Assembly: GCA_049970055.1 (NCBI GenBank)
Contig: JBMFNR010000003.1
Coordinates: 64,001 to 128,000, forward strand
Origin: Fervidobacterium sp.
GTDB taxonomy: Bacteria > Thermotogota > Thermotogae > Thermotogales > Fervidobacteriaceae
Direction of reading: 5' to 3'
DNA: 64,000 nucleotides
In this document: positions 8,459 through 18,652 of the stretch, one piece after another
Position numbering within the stretch: the first letter of the stretch is position 1
How the letters are laid out: each line of letters starts with the position of its first letter
Notes under the pieces: generated by a model
The model's input: the letters and a program-made list of their open reading frames with translations, nothing else
Databases searched by the model: none
Told to the model about the DNA's origin: nothing
Program-made: the position numbers and the translations under genes

Positions 8459-10168
8459 ATGATACCGAAGGATATCATTAAAAAGATTAAAGAGAAAAAC
8501 GATATTGTGGAAGTCGTATCTGAATACGTGAATCTACAAAAAATAGGCAGTAATTACAGAGGCCTATGTCCTTTTCATTTAGAAACGTCTCCATCTTTTT
8601 ACGTAAGTCCGAGTAGGAATATATACCATTGTTTTGGCTGTGGAGCATCTGGTGATGTAATAAAATTTGTTCAAGAGATAGAAAACATCTCATATATTGA
8701 GGCGGTTAGAAAGCTCGGTGAAAGAGTTGGTATAACTGTTGTAATGACTGAAGAAGACCAAATAAAGGCACTTTATTATTCTTTTTATAAAGCCATTCAT
8801 CGGGAATATACATCCGCTTTAAGAAATTCTCCAAATATACTTGAATATCTAAAAAAAAGAGGATTTTCAGAGAGAGAAATTTCCTTGTACGAATTCGGAT
8901 TTTCGCCCTCTGATTCTCAGATACCTCAAAAAATTGCTGAAAGAATGAATATTCAGAAAGGTACACTTGAAAAATTTGGCTTCGCCAGCAATGATCCATT
9001 TGCTGGTCGCATTGTTATTCCAATCAAAGATGATTATGGAAGAGTCATAGCCTTCGGTGGTAGGCTTGTAGGAGAAGGTGTACCAAAATACATAAATTCA
9101 CAAGATACAATAGTCTTCAAAAAATCTTCTACGCTTTTTATGTTTGATACCGCCAAGGAGTTTATAAAAGAAACTGATTATGTGATCATATGTGAAGGTT
9201 ATTTTGATGCAATGGCTTTTCATAGGGCAGGTATAAAAAATACTGTCGCTACACTAGGAACTGCACTCACAAAACACCATCTTTACAAACTGAAAAAATT
9301 GACTAACAATATAGTCTTAGCATTCGATAACGATAGTTCGGGTATTAAAGCAACGTTGAGAAGTATAGAGATGATATATCCGGAAGGCCTCAACATCGCA
9401 GTTTTAAATTTTTTAGATGGAAAGGATGCTGATGAGACTTACAGAAGATTTGGTAATAATGGTCTGCTGAAATCTCTTGACAGTTCTATAAGTTCGGAAG
9501 TATTTGTTTCTGGAGTTATATCAAAAGAGTACGATCTTTCAAATCCAAATGGTGTAAACAATTTTATAAAATCTCTTGTAAAGTGGAAGAATCTATACTC
9601 AAACAATCAGGCAATTTTGGACAACTTTTACAATAGCATAGCAAAAATATTGAGTACAGATAAACAGAGCGTTATTTCAATGTTTTCTACAATATATGGG
9701 GAGAACAGAACTACAAGTGGTACTCACACAAGCTTCAAATATCCATACCATTATGGACAAAGAAGTGAAGAAAGTAAGAAAGTTCCGACAACAGAAGATT
9801 ATCTTGTGTACATATACTTCAATTATCCGGAAGTTTTCAAAACACTTGATTTTTCACCTGATTTACTAGAAGGTAAAGCAAAAGAGTTTTTCTTAATTGC
9901 AAAAGATTTGAACGTTTTTCCGGATCAGTTGTCTAAAGATATGGCCAGATTTGTTAAGGAATCTATTGAAAAAATAAACATGGAGGTAGATGATAAACTT
10001 CTCGAATACATCAAGAAGGATCTGGAAATCAGAAAAATTGAAAAACGTATCTCAGAAATTGATGAGTTGATCAAAAAATCTTTGGGACCTGATGAAAAAA
10101 TGGTTTTACTTAAAGCCCGTATAGAACTTGTAAAACAAAAGGAAAAAATAAAGAAGTCCTCAAAATAA
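8459..10168 (+). CDS. dnaG: DNA primase
   Basis: CPFH...CFGC zinc finger, PKYINS, EGYFD, TOPRIM AFDND. Confidence 0.96.
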   Translation: MIPKDIIKKIKEKNDIVEVVSEYVNLQKIGSNYRGLCPFHLETSPSFYVSPSRNIYHCFGCGASGDVIKFVQEIENISYIEAVRKLGERVGITVVMTEEDQIKALYYSFYKAIHREYTSALRNSPNILEYLKKRGFSEREISLYEFGFSPSDSQIPQKIAERMNIQKGTLEKFGFASNDPFAGRIVIPIKDDYGRVIAFGGRLVGEGVPKYINSQDTIVFKKSSTLFMFDTAKEFIKETDYVIICEGYFDAMAFHRAGIKNTVATLGTALTKHHLYKLKKLTNNIVLAFDNDSSGIKATLRSIEMIYPEGLNIAVLNFLDGKDADETYRRFGNNGLLKSLDSSISSEVFVSGVISKEYDLSNPNGVNNFIKSLVKWKNLYSNNQAILDNFYNSIAKILSTDKQSVISMFSTIYGENRTTSGTHTSFKYPYHYGQRSEESKKVPTTEDYLVYIYFNYPEVFKTLDFSPDLLEGKAKEFFLIAKDLNVFPDQLSKDMARFVKESIEKINMEVDDKLLEYIKKDLEIRKIEKRISEIDELIKKSLGPDEKMVLLKARIELVKQKEKIKKSSK

Positions 10169-10185
10169 AGAGGAGGTGTTTTTTG

Positions 10186-11304
10186 ATGTTTAAAACAATT
10201 GTTAAAGACAACACAGAGCTTCAGAAGAAACTCGAAAAACTAGTGGAACTTGGAAAAAGAAAAGGATACATTACCTACGATGACATCGATAGAACGTTCC
10301 CACCAGGGGATACAGATACGTTTGACAGCAATTTTCTTGACATAGTTTACGAGACGCTTGAAAAAAATAAAATAGAAATCAGAGATACAACAGATCTTAT
10401 GAACATAGAAGAGGAAGTTAGAGCATACCTTTCTGAAAGTCCAGAAATATTCGATAGCACCGAACCAAAAGATTTAATCAAAATGTACCTTAGAGACATT
10501 GGAAAAATTAGACTACTTACACCATCAGAGGAAAAAAGACTTGCACAAAGAGCTCAATCTGGTGATCGAAGAGCTAAGGAGGAGTTAATCATCTCGAACC
10601 TTCGATTAGTAGTTAGCATGGCAAAAAGGTATTTGGGAAAAGGTTTGTCCTTTCTTGACCTTATACAAGAAGGAAGCCTTGGATTAATAAAAGCTGTTGA
10701 AAAATTTGATTGGTCGAAAGGGTATAAATTCTCTACTTATGCAACTTGGTGGATAAGACAGGCGATAACAAGGGCTATTGCAGATCAAGCCAGGACTATA
10801 AGGGTTCCAGTTCACATGGTAGAAACTATTAACAAAATACAGAAAATTAAAAGAGAATACGTTCAAGAACATGGAGAGGAACCATCTTTAGAATACTTAG
10901 CAGAGCAAGTTGGGAAACCTGTTGAAAAAATAGAGGAAATTCTCCAAGCAGCCCCTGAGACATTGTCGTTGGAAACTCCCGTAGGAGAAGAAGATGATTC
11001 TTCGATGGGAGACTTTGTTGCTGACGAAAGTATAGGCTCACCAAAAAAGGAAGCTATCAGAACATTGATGAAAGAGGAAATTGATAAGTTACTTGAAACT
11101 TTAAATGATAGAGAAAAAATGGTGCTCAAAATGAGGTACGGTATCTTAGATGGGAAACCTAAGACCTTGGAGGAAGTCGGGCAATATTTTGGAGTCACAA
11201 GAGAAAGGATAAGACAAATTGAGGTGAAAGCGTTAAGAAAACTTAGACATCCTTCGAGAAGCAGATATCTAAGATTATTACAGAAATTAACTGAAGAAGA
11301 TTGA
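10186..11304 (+). CDS. rpoD: RNA polymerase primary sigma factor (sigma70/SigA)
   Basis: [53 protein letters not shown]. Confidence 0.97.
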   Translation: MFKTIVKDNTELQKKLEKLVELGKRKGYITYDDIDRTFPPGDTDTFDSNFLDIVYETLEKNKIEIRDTTDLMNIEEEVRAYLSESPEIFDSTEPKDLIKMYLRDIGKIRLLTPSEEKRLAQRAQSGDRRAKEELIISNLRLVVSMAKRYLGKGLSFLDLIQEGSLGLIKAVEKFDWSKGYKFSTYATWWIRQAITRAIADQARTIRVPVHMVETINKIQKIKREYVQEHGEEPSLEYLAEQVGKPVEKIEEILQAAPETLSLETPVGEEDDSSMGDFVADESIGSPKKEAIRTLMKEEIDKLLETLNDREKMVLKMRYGILDGKPKTLEEVGQYFGVTRERIRQIEVKALRKLRHPSRSRYLRLLQKLTEED

Positions 11305-11339
11305 GAAAAAATAACCATGTTAAAGAGAGATGATATTAA

Positions 11340-13967
11340 ATGGTTTTAAAGATAGCATTTAGAAATTTTACGAAACATTGGAAAGTTGGTTTGCTCGCCA
11401 TATTGGGGACATTTGTGGCCACCATGCTTTTAGTGGGGGGACTTTCTTTAAATGATTCAGTTAATACTTACTTAAAGCAGAAAATAATGAAGAACTTTGG
11501 AAAGATAGACCTCGTAATAAAAGATAAATCCGATACGATTTTCTTACCAAAGGCAGTAAGTTCGAATAAGGTAGAAAATGTGTTGAAACAGCTATCGGAG
11601 GTTGAAGACTTTTGTCCTGTCAAATTGGCACAAGTAACTGCTAAGATAGGCCAAAAATACGTAGATCTGTATGCAATATCGATTACGCCGGAGTTTCAAA
11701 ATTATATCAAAAAAAATATAGATGGTGTAACCATAAGCTACGACACCGCCAAATCATTCGATCTGAAAGTCGGCGATGAGATAGAGATAATCTCGGCAAA
11801 GGGTACGTATAAAGTAAAAATATATGCTCTTGGGAAGGATGAACTAAATTTCCGTGGAGAGACTGGATCTGCAAATGGGACGATATTTTTGCAAGAACCT
11901 CTATTCGAAGAATATGGAATATACCCTTTGAAAGAGCCAAATGCCTATTTTGTTACACTTAACATACCTATAGATAAACACCAAAATTTTGCTGATAAAC
12001 TTCTTCAGATGGAAGGTTCAATTAGGATAACTGCCGTGAAGTATCGACTTTCTACATCACCATTAAATAAGATTATAGGTTACCTTTTCATTGGCTTTTC
12101 TGGTTTTTCTGTCATTTCGAGCTTTTTGTTTATAGCCTCGTTTTTCGGAATATTGACTGAAGAAAGGAAAGCTTCTCTCGGAGTGCTTAGGGCAATTGGT
12201 TATTCCAGATTTCAAATGTTTTTGATATTATTCCTCGAAGGCCTGGCGTATCTTATCTTTTCTGAAATCGTAGGGGCATTGACTGGCGTAGGTTTTGGTA
12301 AATACCTTCTCTATAGGATTAATTCATTCCAAAGGAAAGATGATTTATTTGCTTTTGTTCAAGATCAAATACCATACAACGTTACGTTAGTTAGCATTTT
12401 TTATGCCGTATTAGTTGCTGCATTCGTTCCAATTATGATACTCATTTACAAAAGTGTTGAGTTTTCTAATGTATCACCTGCAATTCTTTATACAGGAAGA
12501 TTAACCGAAAATGAAAAAAAGAGTAACAAAGGCAGGAATATAATATTCAGTTTAGGAGTTTTTTTATTTTTATTCATGCTCTACCGCATGTCACCAATCT
12601 ATTTTCTGCTTGGAGTCCTTACCATAATACCCCTAATTTTTAGGAACAATATTCTGGCACTTGCCTATGGTATTTCCATACTCATATCACTAATTCCAAT
12701 ACTTTCAACAGGAACCGCTGTTAATATGCTTGTACGTGCCGGTTTTTCCATTCTTGGCAGCATATATATTGTATTTGGAATATTGCCTTACCTAAAAGCA
12801 CTTTTTGAAAGAATTAAAAATATACCTTTCACTTTGGCAGTTTCCTATATTGAGAAGTATAAGAACAGAAATTTCGCGATCTTCGTTGTTTACACTGTTA
12901 CATTGATTCTTATCTTGGTTAGTGCAATTATTCCAACAAGCATTTCGAAATACATTGAAGCGAAGAAAGAGGAAGGAGCATTTGGATACAACTTCATAAT
13001 AATCGAAAATCCAATAAAAAGTTTTTTTGGATCGTATAAATATCTAAACGACGAAGAGTTTTCAAAGAAATTCGAAGTAATCGCACCTATTCAACTTGTT
13101 GAAGCTACAAAACCTGGAGAGAGGAGGAAGTACTCCATTATATTAGCAGATGAAAGGGTTATTGAAAAGCTGACATTGCCATCAGAAAAGCTGATGCGAG
13201 AGTTGAAGCGAACCGACTTCAGAAAACTCCCGGATAAATCGATTTACCTTTCGAAAGATCTTGCTCCTGTTCAAAAAGGTACTAAGATCACACTCACACT
13301 AAAAGGGGTTTTACCTGGTATTTCTTCTAAAATTACCGATGATTTCAATGTTGAGGGAATTTATGATCCAGAAGAGACATTACTACCTATGGATGGAATA
13401 ATTATCTGGCGTGGAAAGAAATTATTCGGAGCAATAAGTGGATATGTTGGTGTTATAAGAGATAAAAATGAAGCGTTAAAGGCCCAGGAATTCGTGACAA
13501 GAAAATTTGATGCAGCTGTTTATATAACCGGGGAAATAGAAAAATTGTACACATCCATAGGCAACCTTGTGAATTTGTCATTGCAGCTGTTCTATCTTGG
13601 TTTTTTTGCAGGCTTTGCAGGGCTTTCGGTTATCACTTTCAGAAATGTATACGTTAGGAAAAAGGAAATTGGAATGCTAAGGGCAATTGGCACCGGAAGT
13701 GATGTTGTCTTCAAAATGTTTATATATGAAGCGTTGCTTATAGTTATTGTCGCTACGTTGGTAGCTATACTTTCAAGTACTCTTATTATCATGGATCTTG
13801 CAAATTTTGTAAGCCCAATTTTACCATCATTCAAGATTATTATACCATACGAAAAAGTATTTTTGACATTATTAAGCGTCTTTCTGTTAACTACAACTTT
13901 TGTTTCTATACCTGCGAGTTTATCCCAACGAATACCACCATCTGAGGCATTGAGGGTTTTCGATTGA
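11340..13967 (+). CDS. FtsX/MacB-like ABC transporter permease (duplicated)
   Basis: Two FtsX-type motifs (ERKASLGVLRAIG, RKKEIGMLRAIG), C-terminal PSEALR, two large extracytoplasmic loops. Confidence 0.85.
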   Translation: MVLKIAFRNFTKHWKVGLLAILGTFVATMLLVGGLSLNDSVNTYLKQKIMKNFGKIDLVIKDKSDTIFLPKAVSSNKVENVLKQLSEVEDFCPVKLAQVTAKIGQKYVDLYAISITPEFQNYIKKNIDGVTISYDTAKSFDLKVGDEIEIISAKGTYKVKIYALGKDELNFRGETGSANGTIFLQEPLFEEYGIYPLKEPNAYFVTLNIPIDKHQNFADKLLQMEGSIRITAVKYRLSTSPLNKIIGYLFIGFSGFSVISSFLFIASFFGILTEERKASLGVLRAIGYSRFQMFLILFLEGLAYLIFSEIVGALTGVGFGKYLLYRINSFQRKDDLFAFVQDQIPYNVTLVSIFYAVLVAAFVPIMILIYKSVEFSNVSPAILYTGRLTENEKKSNKGRNIIFSLGVFLFLFMLYRMSPIYFLLGVLTIIPLIFRNNILALAYGISILISLIPILSTGTAVNMLVRAGFSILGSIYIVFGILPYLKALFERIKNIPFTLAVSYIEKYKNRNFAIFVVYTVTLILILVSAIIPTSISKYIEAKKEEGAFGYNFIIIENPIKSFFGSYKYLNDEEFSKKFEVIAPIQLVEATKPGERRKYSIILADERVIEKLTLPSEKLMRELKRTDFRKLPDKSIYLSKDLAPVQKGTKITLTLKGVLPGISSKITDDFNVEGIYDPEETLLPMDGIIIWRGKKLFGAISGYVGVIRDKNEALKAQEFVTRKFDAAVYITGEIEKLYTSIGNLVNLSLQLFYLGFFAGFAGLSVITFRNVYVRKKEIGMLRAIGTGSDVVFKMFIYEALLIVIVATLVAILSSTLIIMDLANFVSPILPSFKIIIPYEKVFLTLLSVFLLTTTFVSIPASLSQRIPPSEALRVFD

Positions 13968-14027
13968 GTTTGGTTGAGTTTGATAGATCAGTGTTCGCTT
14001 AATAAGATTGGAATAAATAAATTAAGC

Positions 14028-14058
14028 AGTTCGGGGACTTCCCCGACTTTTTTATTTT
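14028..14058 (+). terminator. Intrinsic terminator
   Basis: TCGGGG-actt-CCCCGA followed by CTTTTTTATTTT. Confidence 0.8.
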
Positions 14059-14090
14059 ACAAATGTTTTACTAAAATTTACAATCAACTG

Positions 14091-14128
14091 TTGACTTGCC
14101 AGTACTGTAATAGTATAATATTACAGTA
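14091..14128 (+). promoter_or_regulatory. Sigma70 promoter overlapped by a YtrA-type operator
   Basis: TTGACT-N17-TATAAT (14091-14119). Perfect inverted repeat TACTGTAATA-N6-TATTACAGTA (14103-14128) spans the -10. Confidence 0.8.
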
Positions 14129-14155
14129 GACCAAGAGTTTATAGGAGGTAATTAG

Positions 14156-14515
14156 ATGTGGTTTAATGTGGATTTTCATTCTCATGTGCCTGTATATGTA
14201 CAGATAAAGGAAAATATTAAAAACTTAATTTTAAGCGGTAAATTAAAAAGTGGGGACTTTGTTCCTTCGATAAGAAATTTAGCCAGGGATATTGGTGTTA
14301 ATGTAAATACGGTAGCTCGAGCTTACAGAGAGCTTGAACAAGAAGGTATTATACGCCCTGAACGTGGAGAAGGCTACATTGTTGTGCAACTTGATGAAGA
14401 AAAGTTAAAAAATGAAATGTTTGAAGAACTGAAAAGAGTCATTAGGAAGCTTAATTCAATTGGCATAAGTAAAAACGATATATACAAGATTGTCGAAGAG
14501 GAGTTCAGGAGGTGA
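14156..14515 (+). CDS. GntR-family regulator, YtrA subfamily
   Basis: PVYVQI, PSIR.LA, VNVNTVARAYRELE; short C-terminus; precedes ABC genes. Confidence 0.92.
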   Translation: MWFNVDFHSHVPVYVQIKENIKNLILSGKLKSGDFVPSIRNLARDIGVNVNTVARAYRELEQEGIIRPERGEGYIVVQLDEEKLKNEMFEELKRVIRKLNSIGISKNDIYKIVEEEFRR

Positions 14516-14521
14516 TTTATC

Positions 14522-15340
14522 TTGGTTTTGGAAGTAGTGGGGTTAAAAAAGTACTATAAAAATATAAAAGCAGTCGATGGAGTATCATTTAGTATTGAAT
14601 CTGGTGAAATTTTTGCATTGCTTGGACCTAACGGTGCAGGGAAAACCACAACACTAAAATGTATTCTTGATTTAAGGTTCAAGGACGCTGGCGAGATTGT
14701 GAAAAAAGGAATCTTCACCTACGTTCCGGAAGGGAAAGAGTTGTATTCGAACTATACTGTAAAAAAGATTGTTGAAACTACAGAATATTTAACTGATGGA
14801 TTTGACAAGAAGAAATGCTTTGCTGTTTTAGAACAATTTGGTATACCGTATGCTGAAAAAGTTTTGGAGTTATCAAATGGGCAATTAACTCAGCTGTACC
14901 TTGCACTCGTGTTGGCGCAAAAGGCAGACCTATATATTTTTGATGAACCCACGTGGGGGCTTGATCCGATCGCACGGAATCAAGTATTGGAAATGATAAG
15001 GAACGTTTCAATTCAAGGCGGATCTGTTCTTTACACAAGCCATATATTGAGCGAAGTTGAAAAGGTAGCTGACAAAGTAGCAATTATGAGCAAAGGGAAA
15101 GTAGTAGAAATGGGGGATCTTGACGATTTGAAAGAAAGATACTGTGCAATAAAAGTAAGCCTAGGTACATATGTTGATGGTTACAAGTACAAATCAACGA
15201 GCTCTGAAGATGTCTATATCGTTACCAAAGAATTTGCACACAAAAACAATTTTGAATATGAACATGTAACATTTGAATTTCTTTTTGAAGCATTTGTAAA
15301 AGGAAGTAATCTAAATAACGAACAAAATTTCATGGGGTGA
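14522..15340 (+). CDS. ABC transporter ATP-binding protein
   Basis: Walker A GPNGAGKTT, signature LSNGQ, Walker B FDEPT.GLD, switch SH. Confidence 0.93.
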   Translation: MVLEVVGLKKYYKNIKAVDGVSFSIESGEIFALLGPNGAGKTTTLKCILDLRFKDAGEIVKKGIFTYVPEGKELYSNYTVKKIVETTEYLTDGFDKKKCFAVLEQFGIPYAEKVLELSNGQLTQLYLALVLAQKADLYIFDEPTWGLDPIARNQVLEMIRNVSIQGGSVLYTSHILSEVEKVADKVAIMSKGKVVEMGDLDDLKERYCAIKVSLGTYVDGYKYKSTSSEDVYIVTKEFAHKNNFEYEHVTFEFLFEAFVKGSNLNNEQNFMG

Positions 15341-16104
15341 TCAAGATGATCAAAATAAAGAAAGAGTTCAACGATCTGAAAGTTAGGTTCTTTGGTATAC
15401 TTATAGTGCTCTTCATACTATTTTTTTTACTTGCACCTCTACAAAGGTTTACTATATCATTTCTGGAAGGATATAGCAGTAGCCCACAAATTGAAAAATT
15501 TTTACCAAGTAATATACTCAGCAAGCTTAAAGAATGGAATTTTTACATTAATTCTCAATGGTACGGGAAAAACTACGGGCAGATAATCCCAATAATTAGT
15601 ATTATTATGGCCTTCCCGCTCTTTGCACGTGAATTTGAAAATAATACGATAGCGTTTTTGCTTGTTAGAAAAAATAGGAGGGAAGTTTTCTTTAGTAAAT
15701 TCACCGCTGGTTTTGTTGCACTGAGTATAGTGCTGCTTACAGCAGGCTTTCTGCCCTTAATTTACTCATTTTTATTGTCCAAAGACTACGACTATGCCAT
15801 CGGTATGAAATTTGCATTTCAGTCCTACTTTTCTGGATTGTTTTGGTATGGCATTGGTGTTCTATTTTCTTTGATGTTCAATGATCAAGTTAGACCGCTC
15901 TTAGCAGGTCTCGGAACTATCGCTATTACAACAGTTGCTGGGATCTTGAGACCCCTGAAGTTTATGAACACATATAATTATGCATTAGGTGTAAAAATAT
16001 TTGAAACAGGTAATATTGATATAAGCTACACAATTGGTGTTATAATAATAACTATCCTAATAATTATCATTTCTCACAACATATTTTTGAGAAAAGAAGT
16101 TTAA
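15337..16104 (+). CDS. ABC-2 type transporter permease
   Basis: FAREFENNTIAFLL motif; about six hydrophobic segments; overlaps the ATPase stop. Confidence 0.88.
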   Translation: MIKMIKIKKEFNDLKVRFFGILIVLFILFFLLAPLQRFTISFLEGYSSSPQIEKFLPSNILSKLKEWNFYINSQWYGKNYGQIIPIISIIMAFPLFAREFENNTIAFLLVRKNRREVFFSKFTAGFVALSIVLLTAGFLPLIYSFLLSKDYDYAIGMKFAFQSYFSGLFWYGIGVLFSLMFNDQVRPLLAGLGTIAITTVAGILRPLKFMNTYNYALGVKIFETGNIDISYTIGVIIITILIIIISHNIFLRKEV

Positions 16105-16144
16105 CGGTAAAACAAACATTATAAACATCCCGGAGGTGATTTAA

Positions 16145-16465
16145 ATGATAGTTGTTACGACTGATTTCGTTCCAGGTTATGAAATTGTTGAAACGCTTGG
16201 TCTTGTGACTGGTAGTATAGTCAATTCTAAGCATCTTGGGAAGGACATCGCCGCTGCATTTAAAACCTTAGCGGGTGGGGAGATAAGAAGTTACACAGAG
16301 CTTTTGGTAGAAAGCAGAAACATAGCACTTAAGAGAATGATTGATGAAGCAGAACGCCTAGGAGCAGATGCAGTTATTGGTGTGAGGTTTGGTTCATCTT
16401 CAATAATGCAAAGCGCTGCTGAAATATTAGCTTATGGGACAGCTGTAAGACTAAGAAAAATCTAA
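16145..16465 (+). CDS. YbjQ/UPF0145-family protein
   Basis: GGEIRSYTELL, GADAVIGVRF, AYGTAV. Confidence 0.92.
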   Translation: MIVVTTDFVPGYEIVETLGLVTGSIVNSKHLGKDIAAAFKTLAGGEIRSYTELLVESRNIALKRMIDEAERLGADAVIGVRFGSSSIMQSAAEILAYGTAVRLRKI

Positions 16466-16491
16466 AGTTGTGAAAGAAAGGAAGAAAAATT

Positions 16492-17673
16492 ATGATTCAA
16501 CTGGAAGGACGAATAGAAATAATAAAGAAAGTGGCTTCAACTTACGGAACACCTATTTATATTTATTTTGTGGAAGAAATACTAAAAAGGATAGAAATTG
16601 TGAAGTATGTTTTCAATGGTATCAACGTGTTACCTACATTTGCTTGCAAATCTAACAACAATCCAAGAATTATAGAGATATTTAACAAGCATGGCTTTGG
16701 TGTAGATATTGTTTCACTTGGAGAATACCAAGCTGCAAAATTAGCGAATGTAGATGATAGTAAGATAGTTTGGAACGGGAATGGCAAATCAAAAGTTGAT
16801 ATGGAGTACCTTAAAAGCCGTATTAAGTACGTAAATATTGATTCTTTCGAAGAATACGAAAGGTGGCTTAGTATTGAAAAGTTACCTGATAGCTTGGAGT
16901 TTTTTCTTAGGATTAATCCCGACGTAGATCCAAAAACACATCCACACATATCAACGGGATTGAAAGAGAACAAGTTTGGTATTCATGTTGAAGATATCGA
17001 AAAGATTTTGAAAAAAGGAAAACTCAACGTAGTTGGTTTCCATTTACATATAGGTTCGCAAATAACTGATGTGGAGCCATTTAAAGAATCTATCCAAAGA
17101 GTTGTTGAACTGTCGGAAAAGTACGGATTTTCAAAAATCAACATTGGGGGCGGATGGGGTATTAGGTATAATGATAAAGAACTAGACGTTGAAGAATATA
17201 AAAAGAGAGTGCTTCCGTATCTTTCTAGTTTTGAACAAGTTATAATTGAGCTTGGGAGGTATCTGATAGGCCCTGCTGGTATCCTTGTAACGAAGGTGGA
17301 ATATGTAAAAAAAACACCACATAAAACATTTATTGTGCTCGATAGTGGAATGAATCATTTAATTAGGTATGCAATGTACAACGCCTATCACCGAATTGAT
17401 GTTCTCGATCCTTTAGAAAGTGAACAATCCGTAGTAGATGTTGTTGGCCCACTGTGTGAATCAGGGGATATACTTGCCTCTGAACGAATCTTAAAAATTC
17501 CAGTGGAGGGAAGTTATGTAGTAATTCAAGACACCGGTGCATATGGTTACTCAATGGCAAACAATTACAATTCAATGCCATTACCTGCAGAGGTGCTAGT
17601 TTCTAAGAATAATGAATACAAACTCATAAGAAGACGAGAAAATATAAGTGAAATCTTTAAAACAATAGTTTAA
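16492..17673 (+). CDS. lysA: Diaminopimelate decarboxylase
   Basis: PLP lysine in ACKSN, ISTG..NKFG, HIGSQ, GGG, ELGR, GPLCESGD, GAYG.SM.NNYN. Confidence 0.92.
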   Translation: MIQLEGRIEIIKKVASTYGTPIYIYFVEEILKRIEIVKYVFNGINVLPTFACKSNNNPRIIEIFNKHGFGVDIVSLGEYQAAKLANVDDSKIVWNGNGKSKVDMEYLKSRIKYVNIDSFEEYERWLSIEKLPDSLEFFLRINPDVDPKTHPHISTGLKENKFGIHVEDIEKILKKGKLNVVGFHLHIGSQITDVEPFKESIQRVVELSEKYGFSKINIGGGWGIRYNDKELDVEEYKKRVLPYLSSFEQVIIELGRYLIGPAGILVTKVEYVKKTPHKTFIVLDSGMNHLIRYAMYNAYHRIDVLDPLESEQSVVDVVGPLCESGDILASERILKIPVEGSYVVIQDTGAYGYSMANNYNSMPLPAEVLVSKNNEYKLIRRRENISEIFKTIV

Positions 17674-17714
17674 AAACTTTTATCTGCGAAATAAGGTGAA
17701 ACGAAAAAGACATA

Positions 17715-17743
17715 TTGACAAAATTACAACATTATGGCACAAT
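17715..17743 (+). promoter_or_regulatory. tRNA promoter
   Basis: TTGACA-N17-CACAAT with a TG extension, about 40 nt upstream of the tRNA. Confidence 0.6.
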
Positions 17744-17781
17744 ATATCACGGTCAGTGAAAAGTAGACTGAAAGGAGAAAC

Positions 17782-17859
17782 GGGGACGTGGTGCAGCCTG
17801 GTTAGCACGCCGGTCTGTCACACCGGTGGCCGCGAGTTCAAATCTCGTCGTCCCCGCCA
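17782..17859 (+). tRNA. tRNA-Asp (GTC)
   Basis: Cloverleaf: acceptor GGGGACG/CGTCCCC, D arm GTGC/GCAC, anticodon arm CCGGT-ctGTCac-ACCGG, T loop TTCAAAT, discriminator G, encoded CCA. Confidence 0.97.
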
Positions 17860-17897
17860 AAAATCAGGCGAGACTTCATGTCTCGCCTGATTTTTTA
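17860..17897 (+). terminator. Intrinsic terminator after tRNA-Asp
   Basis: ATCAGGCGAGAC-ttcat-GTCTCGCCTGAT followed by a T-tract. Confidence 0.88.
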
Positions 17898-17937
17898 TGC
17901 AAAAATATAAAAAATTACTTGCAATTGGAGGGACACT

Positions 17938-18578
17938 ATGCGTGAAGAACTATACCAATGGAAATACGATTTACTTGCTGAAAGGATGAAATCAATTCTT
18001 GAAAAAAGAGCCTTTGAAGTTTATATTGCAAAATCCAAAGATGATTTAGTGAATATTATTGAAAAACTTATTCCAGAAAAATCCGTGGTTACAACTGGTG
18101 GATCATTAAGTGTTAGTGAGACGGGAGTATTAGGGTTACTCAGAAATAGGAATTACAAGTTCTTAGACAGGGGGGCGCAAAAAGCTTTGAAGAAAGAATG
18201 GAAATAGAATTAGAAGCTTTTAGAGCAGATTTTTATCTTTGCAGCGCAAATGCGATAACTGAGGACGGAAAAATAGTCTTGCTCGATGGTAATGGAAACA
18301 GGGCTGCGGCCGTCATTTACGGACCAAAAAACGTTGTGCTTATAGCCAGTATAAACAAGGTGGTGAAAAATGTTGAGGATGCACGCGAGAGACTGAAATT
18401 TATCTCGCCTATGAACTCAAAAAGGTTGAACTTAAGGACCCCTTGCACTATAACTGGTATATGTCATGATTGCTCTTCCGAACAGAGAATATGCAATTAT
18501 TTTCTTGTTATAGAATCATCGCATAGACAGTCTAAAAGAATAAAAGTGCTATTAACCACGTTTGAGCTTGGTTTGTAA
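17938..18578 (+). pseudogene. LUD-domain (LutC/YkgG-like) protein split by a frameshift
   Basis: ORF 17938-18207 (TGGS.S...G) and ORF 18198-18578 (SANAITEDG, DGNGNR, GPK, Cys cluster) are two halves of one family protein. One added base near 18170-18183 joins them. May be a sequencing error. Confidence 0.75.
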
Positions 18579-18586
18579 CGTACCAA

Positions 18587-18631
18587 TTGATTTTGTAAAT
18601 TTTTGTGGTAAAATTGTGAATAAGATAACAA
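18587..18631 (+). promoter_or_regulatory. rex promoter with Rex operator
   Basis: TTGATT-N16-TAAAAT, then TTGTGAA-taag-ATAACAA (18614-18631), matching the Rex box TTGTGAA-N4-TTCACAA. Confidence 0.75.
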
Positions 18632-18652
18632 ACAAAAATAGGGGGGAAAGAA

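Noticed and set aside
17696..17890. 64-aa ORF after lysA
   Set aside because: It spans the tRNA-Asp promoter, gene and terminator, so it is spurious.
17782..17940. tRNA-Asp as a possible integration site for a genomic island
   Set aside because: No integrase, no duplicated tRNA 3' end that I could find, and core genes on both sides.
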